From a virus (Duplodnaviria; Caudoviricetes), in the IMG/VR virus record IMGVR_UViG_3300033153_003349, positions 1 to 56,985 of that record: a stretch of 56,985 nucleotides of DNA; one strand, given 5' to 3'. Below are positions 56,857 to 56,985 of this stretch, piece after piece. Numbering within the stretch: the stretch's first letter is position 1; each line of letters opens with the position of its first letter. A program made the position numbers and the translations under genes. The notes under the pieces are model-generated. The model made no database searches. It was not told where the DNA came from and worked only from the letters and a program-made list of their open reading frames with translations.

Positions 56857-56985
56857 TTACCTGTTACGTTCATATAAAGCGATTATAGTTGCTGTATCTG
56901 AAAACATATCTTCTATAGGTATTGTCACCCAAATCTCATCTAATCTTGAAGTTAGCCAATCAAGCATAGGGGAGTAAATCTGACC
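56857..56985 (-). CDS. 3' end of a gene entering from the right edge
   Basis: Open frame GQIYSPMLDWLTSRLDEIW...LYERNR*, stopping 5 nt before the next ATG. Confidence 0.5.
   Translation of the reverse strand, partial: GQIYSPMLDWLTSRLDEIWVTIPIEDMFSDTATIIALYERNR

Larger units (their letters stand above)
1..56985 (-). mobile_element. Tailed dsDNA bacteriophage genome segment (siphovirus-like), continuing beyond both edges
   Basis: Terminase, portal, capsid, tail tube, tape measure, tail tip, lysis and replication genes are all co-oriented on the minus strand with tight or overlapping junctions. No sheath, integrase or host-type operon is seen. Confidence 0.97.

Noticed and set aside
1-56985. 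Alternative genetic code (stop-codon reassignment)
   Set aside because: Standard code 11 gives full-length, densely packed genes ending in TAA, TGA and TAG; only one isolated frame break was found.

Overview
The whole window is part of a tailed dsDNA phage genome, most likely a siphovirus: it has a tape measure, a tail tube, a lambda-like tail tip and no sheath. It is AT-rich, and every credible gene lies on the minus strand, read right to left. (i) ~56985-42658: a ~14 kb block of accessory virion/fibre genes, including a 1570-aa DUF2341/LamG/beta-helix protein strung on ~21 20-aa repeats and a 927-aa cassette-like fibre. (ii) A membrane/lysis cassette (holin-like proteins, a u-spanin-like lipoprotein, an amidase) abutting the terminase large subunit. 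(iii) Head genes (portal, gpF-like, DUF2213, decoration, encapsulin-like capsid) and tail genes, including a G/GT -1 frameshift. (iv) A terminator/promoter junction followed by a ~280-nt densely base-paired leader and RNase HI. (v) An early replication/recombination region: DUF932, SNF2, primase, DnaB-like helicase, UvsY-like, gp32-like SSB, RecA, resolvase, a Rad50/SbcC split into pieces around Mre11/SbcD, and DnaX. (vi) 7-deazaguanine genes queC, queD, queE and folE (truncated at the left edge), suggesting modified phage DNA. The strongest leads are the split Rad50, the structured leader in front of RNase H, the repeat-scaffold and cassette fibre proteins, a recurring operator at early promoters, and strong GATC avoidance that breaks down in one fibre gene. 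All family calls come from motif recognition by eye; no database searches were run.
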